From: Hyphomonas sp.
Lineage (GTDB): Bacteria > Pseudomonadota > Alphaproteobacteria > Caulobacterales > Hyphomonadaceae
Direction: 5' to 3'
NCBI RefSeq assembly: GCF_046313735.1
Contig: NZ_JBKBXW010000011.1
Span: 6,292-70,291, forward strand
DNA: 64,000 nt
Position numbers and translations under genes: made by a program. Shown here one piece after another: positions 1-8,800 of the stretch. Below the pieces are notes generated by a model. It made no database searches. It was not told the DNA's origin and worked only from the letters and a program-made list of their open reading frames with translations. How positions within the stretch are numbered: the stretch's first letter is position 1; the number at the start of each line of letters is the position of its first letter.

Positions 1-1
1 T

Positions 2-589
2 GATCCGGGCGGCGGCCTGCGGGAGCGAAAGCGTCTCGAGACGGCAGCGCGTATCCGCGAGGCGGGCATCCGGCTATTTGCTCAGAGGGGATATGACGCC
101 ACGACACTGGACGAGATTGCCGACGAGGCCGGGATCTCGCGGCGGACGTTCTTTCATTATTTCAAATCAAAGGACGACATCCTCCTGTCGCTGCAGGCGA
201 GCGCGGACAATGATTTCGCGCCGGTGATGCGGCAGGTGCCGATGGACCGGCGCCCGCTGGAGGCAGCAAGGGATGCGCTGTGCGTGCTGGCGTCCCGCTA
301 CAAGCCGGATGAACTGCGCGTGGTGGACAAGCTGATGCGGGCAAGCGAAGCGGTGCAGGCGCGCAAGCAGACATTCTATATCGAGCGGGAGAAATCCATG
401 CTCGCCGCCCTGAGGGAGCGCTGGCCGGAGCCGGAGCGGGAGCCGGCGCTGAAACTGGTCGCGATGGTGTCGCTGGCGACTTTCCGGGCGGCGCTCGACC
501 GGTTCCATCTGGAAGACGGCGCGCGCCCACTGGAGGACGTGCTGCGGGAAGTCTTCAAAGAACTGGGGCAGGAAACCCTTGGCGGGTGA
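2..589 (+). CDS. TetR/AcrR family transcriptional regulator (5' end outside window)
   Basis: The frame from position 2 reads GLRERKRLETAARIREAGIRLFAQRGYDATTLDEIADEAGISRRTFFHYFKSKDDI, a classic TetR HTH, and continues into ORF 224..589. Confidence 0.92.
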   Translation, partial: DPGGGLRERKRLETAARIREAGIRLFAQRGYDATTLDEIADEAGISRRTFFHYFKSKDDILLSLQASADNDFAPVMRQVPMDRRPLEAARDALCVLASRYKPDELRVVDKLMRASEAVQARKQTFYIEREKSMLAALRERWPEPEREPALKLVAMVSLATFRAALDRFHLEDGARPLEDVLREVFKELGQETLGG

Positions 590-614
590 GACGCAGCTAC
601 GCAGAAGACAAACG

Positions 615-648
615 GAAAACCCCGCCAGATTGCTCTGGCGGGGTTTTT
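615..648. terminator. Bidirectional intrinsic terminator between TetR gene and rpsU
   Basis: AAAACCCCGCCAGA-ttgc-TCTGGCGGGGTTTT perfect hairpin with A/T tails, between convergent genes. Confidence 0.85.
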
Positions 649-679
649 GGTCTGATCGGTCCGGAAAGCCGGTGAGGGC

Positions 680-889
680 TTACACGATGCCTTCGCGCTG
701 GGCGCGTTTGCGGGCGAGCTTGCGGGCCCGGCGCACGGCTTCGGCGCGCTGGCGGGCTTTCTTCTCGGAAGGCTTCTCGAAGTGCTGACGGGCCTTCATT
801 TCCCGGAACAGGCCTTCGCGCTGCATCTTCTTCTTCAGCGCGCGCAGGGCTTGCTCGACATTGTTATCGCGGACGACGATCTGTACTAT
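680..889 (-). CDS. rpsU: 30S ribosomal protein bS21
   Basis: [43 protein letters not shown] is S21. The probable start is a non-canonical ATA at 889, 7 nt after GGAG. Confidence 0.95.
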   Translation of the reverse strand: MVQIVVRDNNVEQALRALKKKMQREGLFREMKARQHFEKPSEKKARQRAEAVRRARKLARKRAQREGIV

Positions 890-1025
890 GGGACTTCTCC
901 ATCGGGTTCGGACGGGCGGCACGTGCCCGGTGAATTCATTGATTTCAGGCCTGACAGCCCAAGAAGCGGCGCCTATATCACGGGCTGAGGGGCTTGGCCA
1001 AGCCCTGTTTGGCGGGATTCGACAC

Positions 1026-1640
1026 ATGACTGAGCCTCCTTCGACCCTGCTGCGCCGGCGCTGGCTGGAGGCGCTCCTGCCCGAGGTGGCGATGGAGGGC
1101 TGGACCGAGGGCGCCGCGGCCGCAGCCGCCCGGCAGGCCGGCCTCAGCGAGGGGGAACAGGCGCTGGCCGCCCCGCGCGGCGTGATCGACCTGATCGAGG
1201 GCTTTTTCGACATGGCCGGCGAGCGGGCGAGAGCTGCGCTGGAGCAAGAGGACTTCTCGGGCCTGCGGGTGCCGGACAAGGTCAAGCGCGGCGTGCTGGC
1301 CTGGCTCACCGAGCTGGAGCCGCATCAGGAGGCTGTACGGCGGGCGGCGAGCCGGGGGTTCCTGCCCTGGGGCGCGGGCCCGGCGCTGGAGCGGGCCTGG
1401 AAAGTGGCCGATCTCGTCTGGACCGCTGCGGGGGATACCTCGCAGGATTACAACCGCTATTCGAAGCGGGGGCTGCTGGCGGGTGTGCTGCCGGCGATCG
1501 TGCTCTATTGGGTGGACCGTCCGGCCCCGGAGGACCTTGAGGCCTTCATCGAGCGGCGCCTTGCGCATGCCTCGGGCATCGGGCGCACGGCGGGGCAGGT
1601 GCTGAAACCGCTGCTGGACCGGTTGCCGCAGAAATCCTGA
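1026..1640 (+). CDS. COQ9-family ubiquinone biosynthesis protein (rpsU-divergent protein)
   Basis: [24 protein letters not shown] motif and the usual divergent position relative to rpsU. Confidence 0.85.
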   Translation: MTEPPSTLLRRRWLEALLPEVAMEGWTEGAAAAAARQAGLSEGEQALAAPRGVIDLIEGFFDMAGERARAALEQEDFSGLRVPDKVKRGVLAWLTELEPHQEAVRRAASRGFLPWGAGPALERAWKVADLVWTAAGDTSQDYNRYSKRGLLAGVLPAIVLYWVDRPAPEDLEAFIERRLAHASGIGRTAGQVLKPLLDRLPQKS

Positions 1641-1694
1641 ATACCGGCGCGGGCTGGCATGGCGGCTACAGGCTCAGCCTGTGTGCGCAAACCT

Positions 1695-1796
1695 GAATTG
1701 GGGAGGGGAGTGTCGGACGGCGGCGCTTCAAACACCCCAGGGGGCTGGGGGGGCTGATGGGTCCGGGGCGCTTGCCTTTGTCCTCCGTCCGACACG
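1695..1796 (-). ncRNA. Candidate small RNA with C-rich loops
   Basis: 11-bp terminal stem (1710-1720 / 1785-1795), C-rich loops on the minus strand, and a TTGCCC-N17-CATCTT promoter-like element at 1828-1800. Confidence 0.4.
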
Positions 1797-1927
1797 GTGA
1801 AGATGGAGTCCGCGTGCGGCGCGGGCAAGGCTGAAATGCGGTGAAACGGTGTCCGGGGGATTAAATCTGCGTTAGCTCAGGAGAGGGCTGGACGCGGGCG
1901 GCAACCTGTGACGAAACTGTAATCCTA

Positions 1928-2263
1928 ATGACTGAATCGATCCACAGGAAATCGCTTCCCGACCCGGTCGTCGCCTTCCAGAAGGCCGAGCTTCAACCCA
2001 TCCTTGACGTATACGGACGGCTCGTGATTGCGGGCGAGGCGCGCGACTATGCCATCGGCATGGATAAGGAAGTGGCGACCTTCGCGATTTTCCGCCGTCA
2101 TGCCGAAAGCCCGACCTGGCGAATCGAAAAGGAACCGGCGCTGGCAAACCGGCAAGGCCAGTATGCCGTGTACGGATCGGCGGGGCAGGTGCTGCGCCGG
2201 GGCCGCGAGCTGAAACAGGTGCTGCGCGTGTTTGAGACGCGGCGTTTCAGCATCGTTCGTTAG
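1928..2263 (+). CDS. DUF2794 family protein
   Basis: ELQPILDVYGRLVIAGEARDYAI...FAIFRRHAESPTWRIEK...GQVLRRGRELKQVLRVF matches the alphaproteobacterial DUF2794 pattern. Confidence 0.85.
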   Translation: MTESIHRKSLPDPVVAFQKAELQPILDVYGRLVIAGEARDYAIGMDKEVATFAIFRRHAESPTWRIEKEPALANRQGQYAVYGSAGQVLRRGRELKQVLRVFETRRFSIVR

Positions 2264-2365
2264 AGGACCGGGCTGATTCACAGAATCAGCCCGATGTTCC
2301 AGGTTTTTGAATTGTCGCGGCGTTTTTCCGAAAACCGGTTCCCACTTTTCGGAACGCCGCTTTAA
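2261..2365. repeat. CIR/RPE-like intergenic palindromic element with paired GANTC sites
   Basis: Hairpin CGGGCTGATTC-aca-GAATCAGCCCG, plus a second hairpin containing CCGAAAACCGGTTCCCACTTTTCGG typical of alphaproteobacterial CIR-type repeats. Confidence 0.65.
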
Positions 2366-2411
2366 GACTTTTCCATGCGCCTTAACCCTTTGTTTACCAA
2401 AAACTTCTTGC

Positions 2412-2437
2412 GAACTTTACCGGAACATTATATGAAC
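2412..2437 (+). promoter_or_regulatory. Alphaproteobacterial LexA (SOS) box, double
   Basis: GAAC-tttaccg-GAAC-attatat-GAAC gives two overlapping GAAC-N7-GAAC sites ending 25 nt before ATG 2463. Confidence 0.75.
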
Positions 2438-2462
2438 TTGCTCATCGGAACGGAGCAGGGAC

Positions 2463-2801
2463 ATGATCGGTCAAGTGAGCTTTCGCGGTCAATCGGGCAA
2501 GGCCTGGCGCTTCCAGCGCGTGGCGGCAGACTCGCCCTGGGCCCGCAATGCGGGTGTGGTGATTTTCGCCGGGCAGGAAGCCTGCGGATGGCGGGTGTTC
2601 CGGGTGATGGAGCTCACCGGCCGGCCGCATGACATCCAGCCGATCTGGGCGCTGGCCGAGGCCGAACGGTTTGGCGCAAGCGCGGTGTTCGTGGCGATGG
2701 AGTTTGATGGCGGCGCGCGGCGCGCGATGGTCGCTGACCTCGAGGCCGGGTTCACGCCGGTCTGCCGGGCGCCGCAGGCGCCGGTGCGGATGGCGGCGTG
2801 A
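2463..2801 (+). CDS. Hypothetical protein, 112 aa (probably SOS-regulated)
   Basis: GGAG upstream, normal composition, begins MIGQVSFRGQSGKAWRF; no family recognised with certainty. Confidence 0.75.
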   Translation: MIGQVSFRGQSGKAWRFQRVAADSPWARNAGVVIFAGQEACGWRVFRVMELTGRPHDIQPIWALAEAERFGASAVFVAMEFDGGARRAMVADLEAGFTPVCRAPQAPVRMAA

Positions 2802-2861
2802 CGGTGCTGCCCGTAAGGGTACAGCGGGTCGTCCAGCCGCGTCCGGCTGCAAGGCCGCGCA

Positions 2862-4739
2862 TCAGTTGATCTGGGCAGTGAACCAGCGGGTCACCTCGTC
2901 CTCGACCATCGCCAGCGGGCGCGGGCCGGGGGCGAGGATTACCCGGTGGAAGCCTTTCTGGTCGAAACGGGGCCCGAGCACGCGGATGGCGCGTTCGCGC
3001 AGGTCGAGAATCCGGCTGCGGCCGAGCCAGCCTGCAGCGGCGCGCCCGGGCCAGACGGTCATCCGGTCCACCTCGTCTGCGGCGATGGCCGGACTGATGC
3101 CGGTTGTTGCGCTGAACCAGTCGATGGCCTGATCCCGGCTCCAGCGCTCCTGGTGGATCCCGGTATCGGCGACGAGGCGTGCGGCATGAATCAGCCGGGC
3201 CTGGAGATAGCCGATGCGGCTCACAGGATCCTCCGCATAAAGACCGATCTCGTCGGCAAGGGTCTGCGCATAGGCGGCCCAGCCATCGGAAAAGGCTGTA
3301 TCCGGAACAAGCTGGCGGGCGAGCGGCAGGCGGGCCTCGCGCGCGGCGGTGGCGGAGACGTGCCGGCCGGGCAGGGTGGTTTCGAACGCCGTGGCGGCGA
3401 GGCGGTAGTCCGGCCAGTCGGCCATGCGGGAGAGGTCCAGAACCAGCGTCGCGGGCGCACTGCCATCGGCTGGCTCGGGCACATAGCGGGCACGCGCGGG
3501 CGGGGTCGCGGCGCCCCTGTCGGCAGGCCGGATGACCGGCGAGGCCGTGGGCGCAGTTTCGAAGGCCAGGGAAAGGCGGGCGCCGGCGCGGGCGGCATGC
3601 GTTGCAATCCGGTCCATCAGCTCGGCGCGGCCTTCTTCCGTGTCCGGAAGGGTTTCGCCGGGGCGGGCAGCCAGTAGGGCAAGGCGCGCACCGGGCGTGC
3701 CCTCGGTCAGGCCGATGCCGGCGAGGGCGCGGTCAAGGTCGGCAAGCAGGGCGTCCGTCTCGCGCCGTCCGCGTTCATGCAGCCCGGCAGGGGAGGCGGC
3801 GTCGGACGTCCAGGCGCGCAGCGAAGCGGCGTAATAGGCCTCGCCCTCCGGCAATTGCCAGATTCCCGGCAGTTCCGGCGCGGTGTTCGCGAGTTCGTTC
3901 AGGCTGGCTGCGAACTGTTCCAGCGCTGGCTGGACCTCGGCAGCGGCGAGGCGGCGGATCTCGGCGCTGAGGGCCGCGCGTTCGGCCGGATCAAGGCCCT
4001 GGATGCCGGGGGCGAGATTGTCGAAAGCCGTTACGGCCTGGCTGAGGGCGGGAGGCTCTGCGGCCGCAGCGGAGGCTGCGGTGATCATCCGGCGCAGCAC
4101 AGGGCCGGGCGGTACGATGCCGGCGCGGGCATCGGCCTCCAGCCGGCGGCGCTCATCCTCGATGGCGTCGGCAAACTGTGCCATGCGGGCGGCATAGGCG
4201 CGGGCGTCCGCCGGGGTGCGCATCGGATGATGCTGGGCAAGCAGGACCGGGACGTCGATATAGGCCCCGCGCAGATGGTCAGCGGCGTAAGGGTAGGCTT
4301 CGCCGAGCGCGGCAGCGCCGTGGCCTTTGATGAACAGGGTCTCGGCCGTTTCATGCGCGGCGATCAGCGTGTCGAGATGGCGGGCAAGGGCGCTGCCCCG
4401 CGCCGGGCGGGGCACGCGGACCAGCAGGTCGCGCGTCTCCAGCCGGGAGAGGCGGGCGCGCTCGAAGGCGGCCTGCGACCGGTCGGTCAGCAGGCGGTTG
4501 TAGCCAAATCCGGCGGCGTCCTCGGGCACGCCCAGCCGGGTGGCGAGCTCCGGATCGCGCGCGATCTCGTTCTGGGCAACCGTCGTCAGTGTCCGTTCGA
4601 TCTCCCGGGCGATCCGGCGGGGCGTGCCTTCCGGGTCGGCGCCGCCGGAACAGGCCGCGAGGACGCCGAGCATCATCAGCGCGGCACCAAGGCCTGCTGT
4701 CAGGCGCCGCGGGAGCCGGTTGGCTGGCACAGTTTTCAT
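2862..4739 (-). CDS. DUF885 family lipoprotein (degenerate metallopeptidase motifs)
   Basis: Lipobox LAAC; C-terminal RLVADTGIHQERWSRDQAI and FDQKGFHRVIL..GPRPL typical of DUF885. Confidence 0.85.
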   Translation of the reverse strand: MKTVPANRLPRRLTAGLGAALMMLGVLAACSGGADPEGTPRRIAREIERTLTTVAQNEIARDPELATRLGVPEDAAGFGYNRLLTDRSQAAFERARLSRLETRDLLVRVPRPARGSALARHLDTLIAAHETAETLFIKGHGAAALGEAYPYAADHLRGAYIDVPVLLAQHHPMRTPADARAYAARMAQFADAIEDERRRLEADARAGIVPPGPVLRRMITAASAAAAEPPALSQAVTAFDNLAPGIQGLDPAERAALSAEIRRLAAAEVQPALEQFAASLNELANTAPELPGIWQLPEGEAYYAASLRAWTSDAASPAGLHERGRRETDALLADLDRALAGIGLTEGTPGARLALLAARPGETLPDTEEGRAELMDRIATHAARAGARLSLAFETAPTASPVIRPADRGAATPPARARYVPEPADGSAPATLVLDLSRMADWPDYRLAATAFETTLPGRHVSATAAREARLPLARQLVPDTAFSDGWAAYAQTLADEIGLYAEDPVSRIGYLQARLIHAARLVADTGIHQERWSRDQAIDWFSATTGISPAIAADEVDRMTVWPGRAAAGWLGRSRILDLRERAIRVLGPRFDQKGFHRVILAPGPRPLAMVEDEVTRWFTAQIN

Positions 4740-4811
4740 GACAACTTTTTACTCGCTTCCCACTGCAATTGAGCCGGTTTCGGGAGTTGTGGCCATAGTA
4801 TATTTCCGTTA

Positions 4812-5639
4812 GTGAACCGCCAAACTTGCGAGGAGCCCTGCATCGTGACGACGACACCCCCGCCCGGTGGACAACCGGCCCTGACCGGACAGGTCCTGTT
4901 CTACAAAAATCCCCAGCCGCTCTCGGTCGAGGAACATGGCGGACTTGGCGTGAAGCAGATCGCCCAGCCCTTCGCCTTCCTGCGCGAGGCCCATGCCGTG
5001 CCGGTCACAGTGACCGAATTTGGCGTCTGCGCGGCTTCCTATCCGGTGATCTTCGTCGGTGATGACCGCACCCCGGTCGTGGTCATGGGCGTTCGCCAGG
5101 GCCAGAACCTCTATGTCGACGACAATGGCTTCGTGCTTGAAGACCATTACGTGCCGGCCTTCGTGCGCCGGTATCCCTTCGTTTTCGCGGCGGATGACGG
5201 CTCCGACCGCCTGCTGCTCTGCGTCGACCGCGCAGCACCGATGGTGTCGAACCAGCCGGACGTGGCCTTCTTCGAGAATGGCCAGCCGAGCCAGTTCACC
5301 ACCGACGCTATCGAATTCTGCAAGGAGTTCGAACGCCAGCGCCGCGCCACAGTCGATTTCGTGAACATGATCCGCGGCATGGACCTGTTCGAGCAGAAAT
5401 CGGTGACCTTCCAGCCGCGCGATGAGCAAGGCAACGAAGCTGGCCCGCCGCAGAAGATTGCCGATTACTGGGCGATCTCCGAAGAACGGCTCAATACGCT
5501 GTCGGAAGAAAAGTATATCGAGCTGCGCAACAATGGCGCCCTCGGTGCCTGCTATGCGCATCTCGTGTCCCTGCTGAACTGGCCGAAAGTTGTGCAGCGC
5601 GCCGTGCGTACGCCGCCTCCGGGCCTCGCTGCTGCCTGA
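4812..5639 (+). CDS. SapC family protein
   Basis: LFYKNPQPLS, VPVTVTEF, YVPAFVRRYPF and YAHLVSLLNW motifs. The start may be GTG 4845. Confidence 0.85.
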   Translation: MNRQTCEEPCIVTTTPPPGGQPALTGQVLFYKNPQPLSVEEHGGLGVKQIAQPFAFLREAHAVPVTVTEFGVCAASYPVIFVGDDRTPVVVMGVRQGQNLYVDDNGFVLEDHYVPAFVRRYPFVFAADDGSDRLLLCVDRAAPMVSNQPDVAFFENGQPSQFTTDAIEFCKEFERQRRATVDFVNMIRGMDLFEQKSVTFQPRDEQGNEAGPPQKIADYWAISEERLNTLSEEKYIELRNNGALGACYAHLVSLLNWPKVVQRAVRTPPPGLAAA

Positions 5640-5670
5640 ACTCAGGATTGCCTGACCGGGCAAGCTGAAG

Positions 5671-5700
5671 CGGCCCTTCCCGAGCGGGAAGGGCCGTTTT
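5671..5700 (+). terminator. Intrinsic terminator after SapC gene
   Basis: CGGCCCTTCCCG-ag-CGGGAAGGGCCG followed by TTTT. Confidence 0.75.
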
Positions 5701-5821
5701 CGTTTGCGCAACAGGGCTTTGTGCAGCCGGCGCGCTCACGAATGGGCGAGCAGGCCTTCCCCCGGCGGGGCTAAGGCGGCATATCACGCCGGTGTAAAAC
5801 CTGCTGAGGGAGCGAGGCTGC

Positions 5822-7954
5822 ATGACGTCATTGCTGCGCAAGCTGGCCCGGGTTCTGGGTCTCGTTACCGGATTGAGCCTCGCTGCAACGGCCCCCGCCA
5901 TGGCGCAGCTCGGCGGGGAGCCGCGCGCAGACGTGCAACTGGTGGCGGACCAGGCACAGGTCGCCCCTGGGATGACGTTCTATGCCGCGATGCAGATGGA
6001 CATGCAGCCCGGCTGGCACGTCTACTGGCAGAATGCCGGCGATGCCGGCCTGCCGCCGCGCCTGATTGTCGAGGAGACGTCCAGCGTTCCAGCCGATGCG
6101 ATCGGCGAGTTTCTGTGGCCTCTGCCGGAACTGCTCCTCGTCGCAGAAGACCAGATCATGGACTATGGCTATACGCGCCGGGTTGTCCTGCCTTTCCCGA
6201 TTACCGTCCCGCAGGATGCAACCGGTACGTTCCGTCTCGATGTTGAAGCGGATTATCTGATCTGCGAGACGATCTGCATTCCGGAAACGGCCTTTGTCAG
6301 CCTTATCCTGCCGGTCGGGCCTGCGCGGGAGGATGCCGCTGGCGGCGGGCTGATCGGCGAATGGATCCAGAAAGTGCCCACCGCGTTTGCGGGGGAGGCT
6401 GCGTTTGATGCCTCGGAAGCGCCCTGGACGCTCAGCCTGAAGCTGCCGGGCGGCTTTCCGGATGGCGCGCAGATCCGGTATTTCCCGTTCCAGCACGAGA
6501 TCCGCCATGTGGCCGCCCAGCCGCAGCGGGTTGGCCCTGAAGGCGCGAGCCTGCGGCTGACCCCCAGCCGGTCCGGCATGGTGCCGGAGACGCTGGCCGG
6601 GGTGATCCGCGTGGACGCGCCGGGCGCCGAGCCGGTTGGTTTCGAGATTTTCGCTGCGCAGGGCGCGGTTTTCCCCGGCACGGACGATACGGACGTCGTG
6701 CCCGCCCGTGCAGCCCTGGCGCCGGAGGTGATCGGCCTTGGCCATCTGATGGTGCTGGCCGGCCTTGCCTTGCTGGGCGGGGTGATCCTCAACCTGATGC
6801 CGTGCGTTCTGCCCGTCCTGTCGATGAAAGCCATCGGCATGGTGCAGGCCGCCGCCACCGGACATGCCGGCGAAGTGCGTGCGCACGGGCTTTGGTACAC
6901 AGCCGGGGTGATTGTCTCGTTCCTGGCGCTGGCCGGGGTGATCCTCGCGATCCGCACGCCGGCAGAGGCCCTCACGCTTGGCTTCCAGATGCAGAACGCG
7001 CCGACCGTGGCGATCCTGACACTGGTGATGTTTGCCGTTGGCCTTTGGCTTATGGGTTTCTTTGAGCTTGGCCTGTCGATCCAGAATACCGGATCGGGCC
7101 TGGCGAGCCGGGGCGGGGCGATGGGCGCCTTCTTTACCGGCGTGCTTGCGGCGGTCGTGGGCGCGCCCTGTGTCGGGCCGTTCCTGGCCGTGGCGCTGGG
7201 CGCGGTGATGACCCAGCCGGCGCCGGCGGTGATTGCCGTATTCTTCGCGATGGGCCTTGGCATGGCGCTGCCTTTCCTGATCTTGAGCTTCGTGCCGGGC
7301 CTTCACCGGCTACTGCCAAAGCCGGGGTCCTGGATGGAAACGCTGAAGCAGGCCTTTGCCTTCCCGATGTTCCTGACGGCGGCCTGGCTGCTGTCGGTGC
7401 TGGTGAGCCTCGCCGGTGCGGCGGCGGCGGGCTGGACCGTTGCCGGGGCGACGGCGCTGGTCTTCGCGGTCTGGCTGGCGCGGCAGGGCGGTGGCGTGCG
7501 CCGGGCAGTGGCCGCAGTCGCGCTCGCGGCGGGGTTTATTTATCCGGCGATGCAGGCGAACGTGCCGGCCCCAGCCGTGGCGGGCAGCGGCGAGGCCTTG
7601 TTTGACGGCAGCTATGGCGAAGCCGCCTGGAGCCCCGAGCTGGTCGACAGCCTGATTGCCGAGGGCCGTCCCGTCTTCGTGGACTTCACGGCGAGCTGGT
7701 GCGCAAGCTGCCAGGTCAACAAGATGACGACGCTCAAGACGCGGCGCGTGCGCGAGGCCTTCGAGGCGGCGGATGTTGCCTTCCTTGTGGCGGACTTCAC
7801 CCAGAAGGATCCGGTGATCGCCGCCGAACTGCAGCGGCGCGGCCGGGCCGGTGTACCGATGTATCTCTGGTATCCTGCCGGGGAGAGCGAGCCGCAGATC
7901 CTGCCGGAACTGCTCAGCCAGGACCTTGTTCTCGGACTTTTGACTGGCCGGTAG
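5822..7954 (+). CDS. dsbD: DsbD/ScsB-type protein-disulfide reductase
   Basis: N-domain CETIC, transmembrane domain LMPCVLP and GAPCVGP, C-terminal thioredoxin WCASC. Confidence 0.88.
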   Translation: MTSLLRKLARVLGLVTGLSLAATAPAMAQLGGEPRADVQLVADQAQVAPGMTFYAAMQMDMQPGWHVYWQNAGDAGLPPRLIVEETSSVPADAIGEFLWPLPELLLVAEDQIMDYGYTRRVVLPFPITVPQDATGTFRLDVEADYLICETICIPETAFVSLILPVGPAREDAAGGGLIGEWIQKVPTAFAGEAAFDASEAPWTLSLKLPGGFPDGAQIRYFPFQHEIRHVAAQPQRVGPEGASLRLTPSRSGMVPETLAGVIRVDAPGAEPVGFEIFAAQGAVFPGTDDTDVVPARAALAPEVIGLGHLMVLAGLALLGGVILNLMPCVLPVLSMKAIGMVQAAATGHAGEVRAHGLWYTAGVIVSFLALAGVILAIRTPAEALTLGFQMQNAPTVAILTLVMFAVGLWLMGFFELGLSIQNTGSGLASRGGAMGAFFTGVLAAVVGAPCVGPFLAVALGAVMTQPAPAVIAVFFAMGLGMALPFLILSFVPGLHRLLPKPGSWMETLKQAFAFPMFLTAAWLLSVLVSLAGAAAAGWTVAGATALVFAVWLARQGGGVRRAVAAVALAAGFIYPAMQANVPAPAVAGSGEALFDGSYGEAAWSPELVDSLIAEGRPVFVDFTASWCASCQVNKMTTLKTRRVREAFEAADVAFLVADFTQKDPVIAAELQRRGRAGVPMYLWYPAGESEPQILPELLSQDLVLGLLTGR

Positions 7955-8016
7955 GGCCATCAGGGCTATAACTCAGGACAGGGCCGCGCGCCCGCCTACA
8001 GACGACAAGACAGGAG

Positions 8017-8670
8017 ATGACGATGATTACACGCCGCCACCTCAGCCTCGCCGCCGGAATGGCTGCCGCGGTTGCCCTGACCGCCGGAGCGCTGATCGCG
8101 TCCACGGCCGAAGCCTCGACGCCTGCGGCCGTGATCGGCCAGCCGGCGCCCGCCTTCACGGGCGTGACCTCGAACGGCGAGACGGTGTCGCTGTCGGATT
8201 TCGCCGGCAAGACCGTGATCCTCGAATGGACCAATCATGACTGCCCGTTCGTGGTGAAGCATTACACCTCGCCGCCCTCGAACATGCAGACGCTGCAGAA
8301 GCAGGCGGCGGAGAATGACATCGTCTGGCTGTCGGTGATCTCCTCGCGGGCCGGCGAGCAGGGCCATGTCAGCCCGGAGCGGGCCAATGAGCTGACTGCC
8401 TCGCGCGGGGCCGCGCCGGCTCATGTGATCCTCGACGCAGCGGGCACCATCGGCCGCCTCTATGATGCCAAGACGACCCCGCACATGTTCATCATCACGC
8501 CGGAAGGCCAGCTGGTGTATGACGGCGCCATCGACTCGGTGCGCTCCTCGCGCGTCGCCGATATCGCAGGCGCCGACAATTATGTCAGCATCGCACTCGC
8601 CGAACTGGCCGAAGGCAAGCCGGTCTCGAACCCGGTGACGACGCCGTATGGCTGCGCCGTGAAATACTGA
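8017..8670 (+). CDS. Exported thioredoxin-fold redoxin (AhpC/TSA-like)
   Basis: Signal peptide, LEWTNHDCPFV, AKTTPHMF and terminal YGCAVKY; GGAG RBS. Confidence 0.85.
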   Translation: MTMITRRHLSLAAGMAAAVALTAGALIASTAEASTPAAVIGQPAPAFTGVTSNGETVSLSDFAGKTVILEWTNHDCPFVVKHYTSPPSNMQTLQKQAAENDIVWLSVISSRAGEQGHVSPERANELTASRGAAPAHVILDAAGTIGRLYDAKTTPHMFIITPEGQLVYDGAIDSVRSSRVADIAGADNYVSIALAELAEGKPVSNPVTTPYGCAVKY

Positions 8671-8693
8671 TCCGCCCTTCGCGGTCGTTTCGA

Positions 8694-8724
8694 AAGGCCG
8701 GCGGGGCGACCTGCCGGCCTTTTC
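8694..8724 (+). terminator. Intrinsic terminator
   Basis: AAAGGCCGGCGGG-gcga-CCTGCCGGCCTTTT hairpin. Confidence 0.7.
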
Positions 8725-8800
8725 ATGTCTGCCGCAGACTTTGGGGAAGGGGTTGCTGTGCCTGCCGGTTGACGTCAAACCGGGGAGAGGGAGGGCCCGC

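Noticed and set aside
425-450. Short GAGCCG/GAGCGG tandem repeat
   Set aside because: Encodes PEPEREP within the TetR protein; too short to be meaningful.
890-1309. Long N-terminal extension of the rpsU ORF (209 aa in the track)
   Set aside because: It overlaps the COQ9 gene antisense; S21 similarity begins only at 889.
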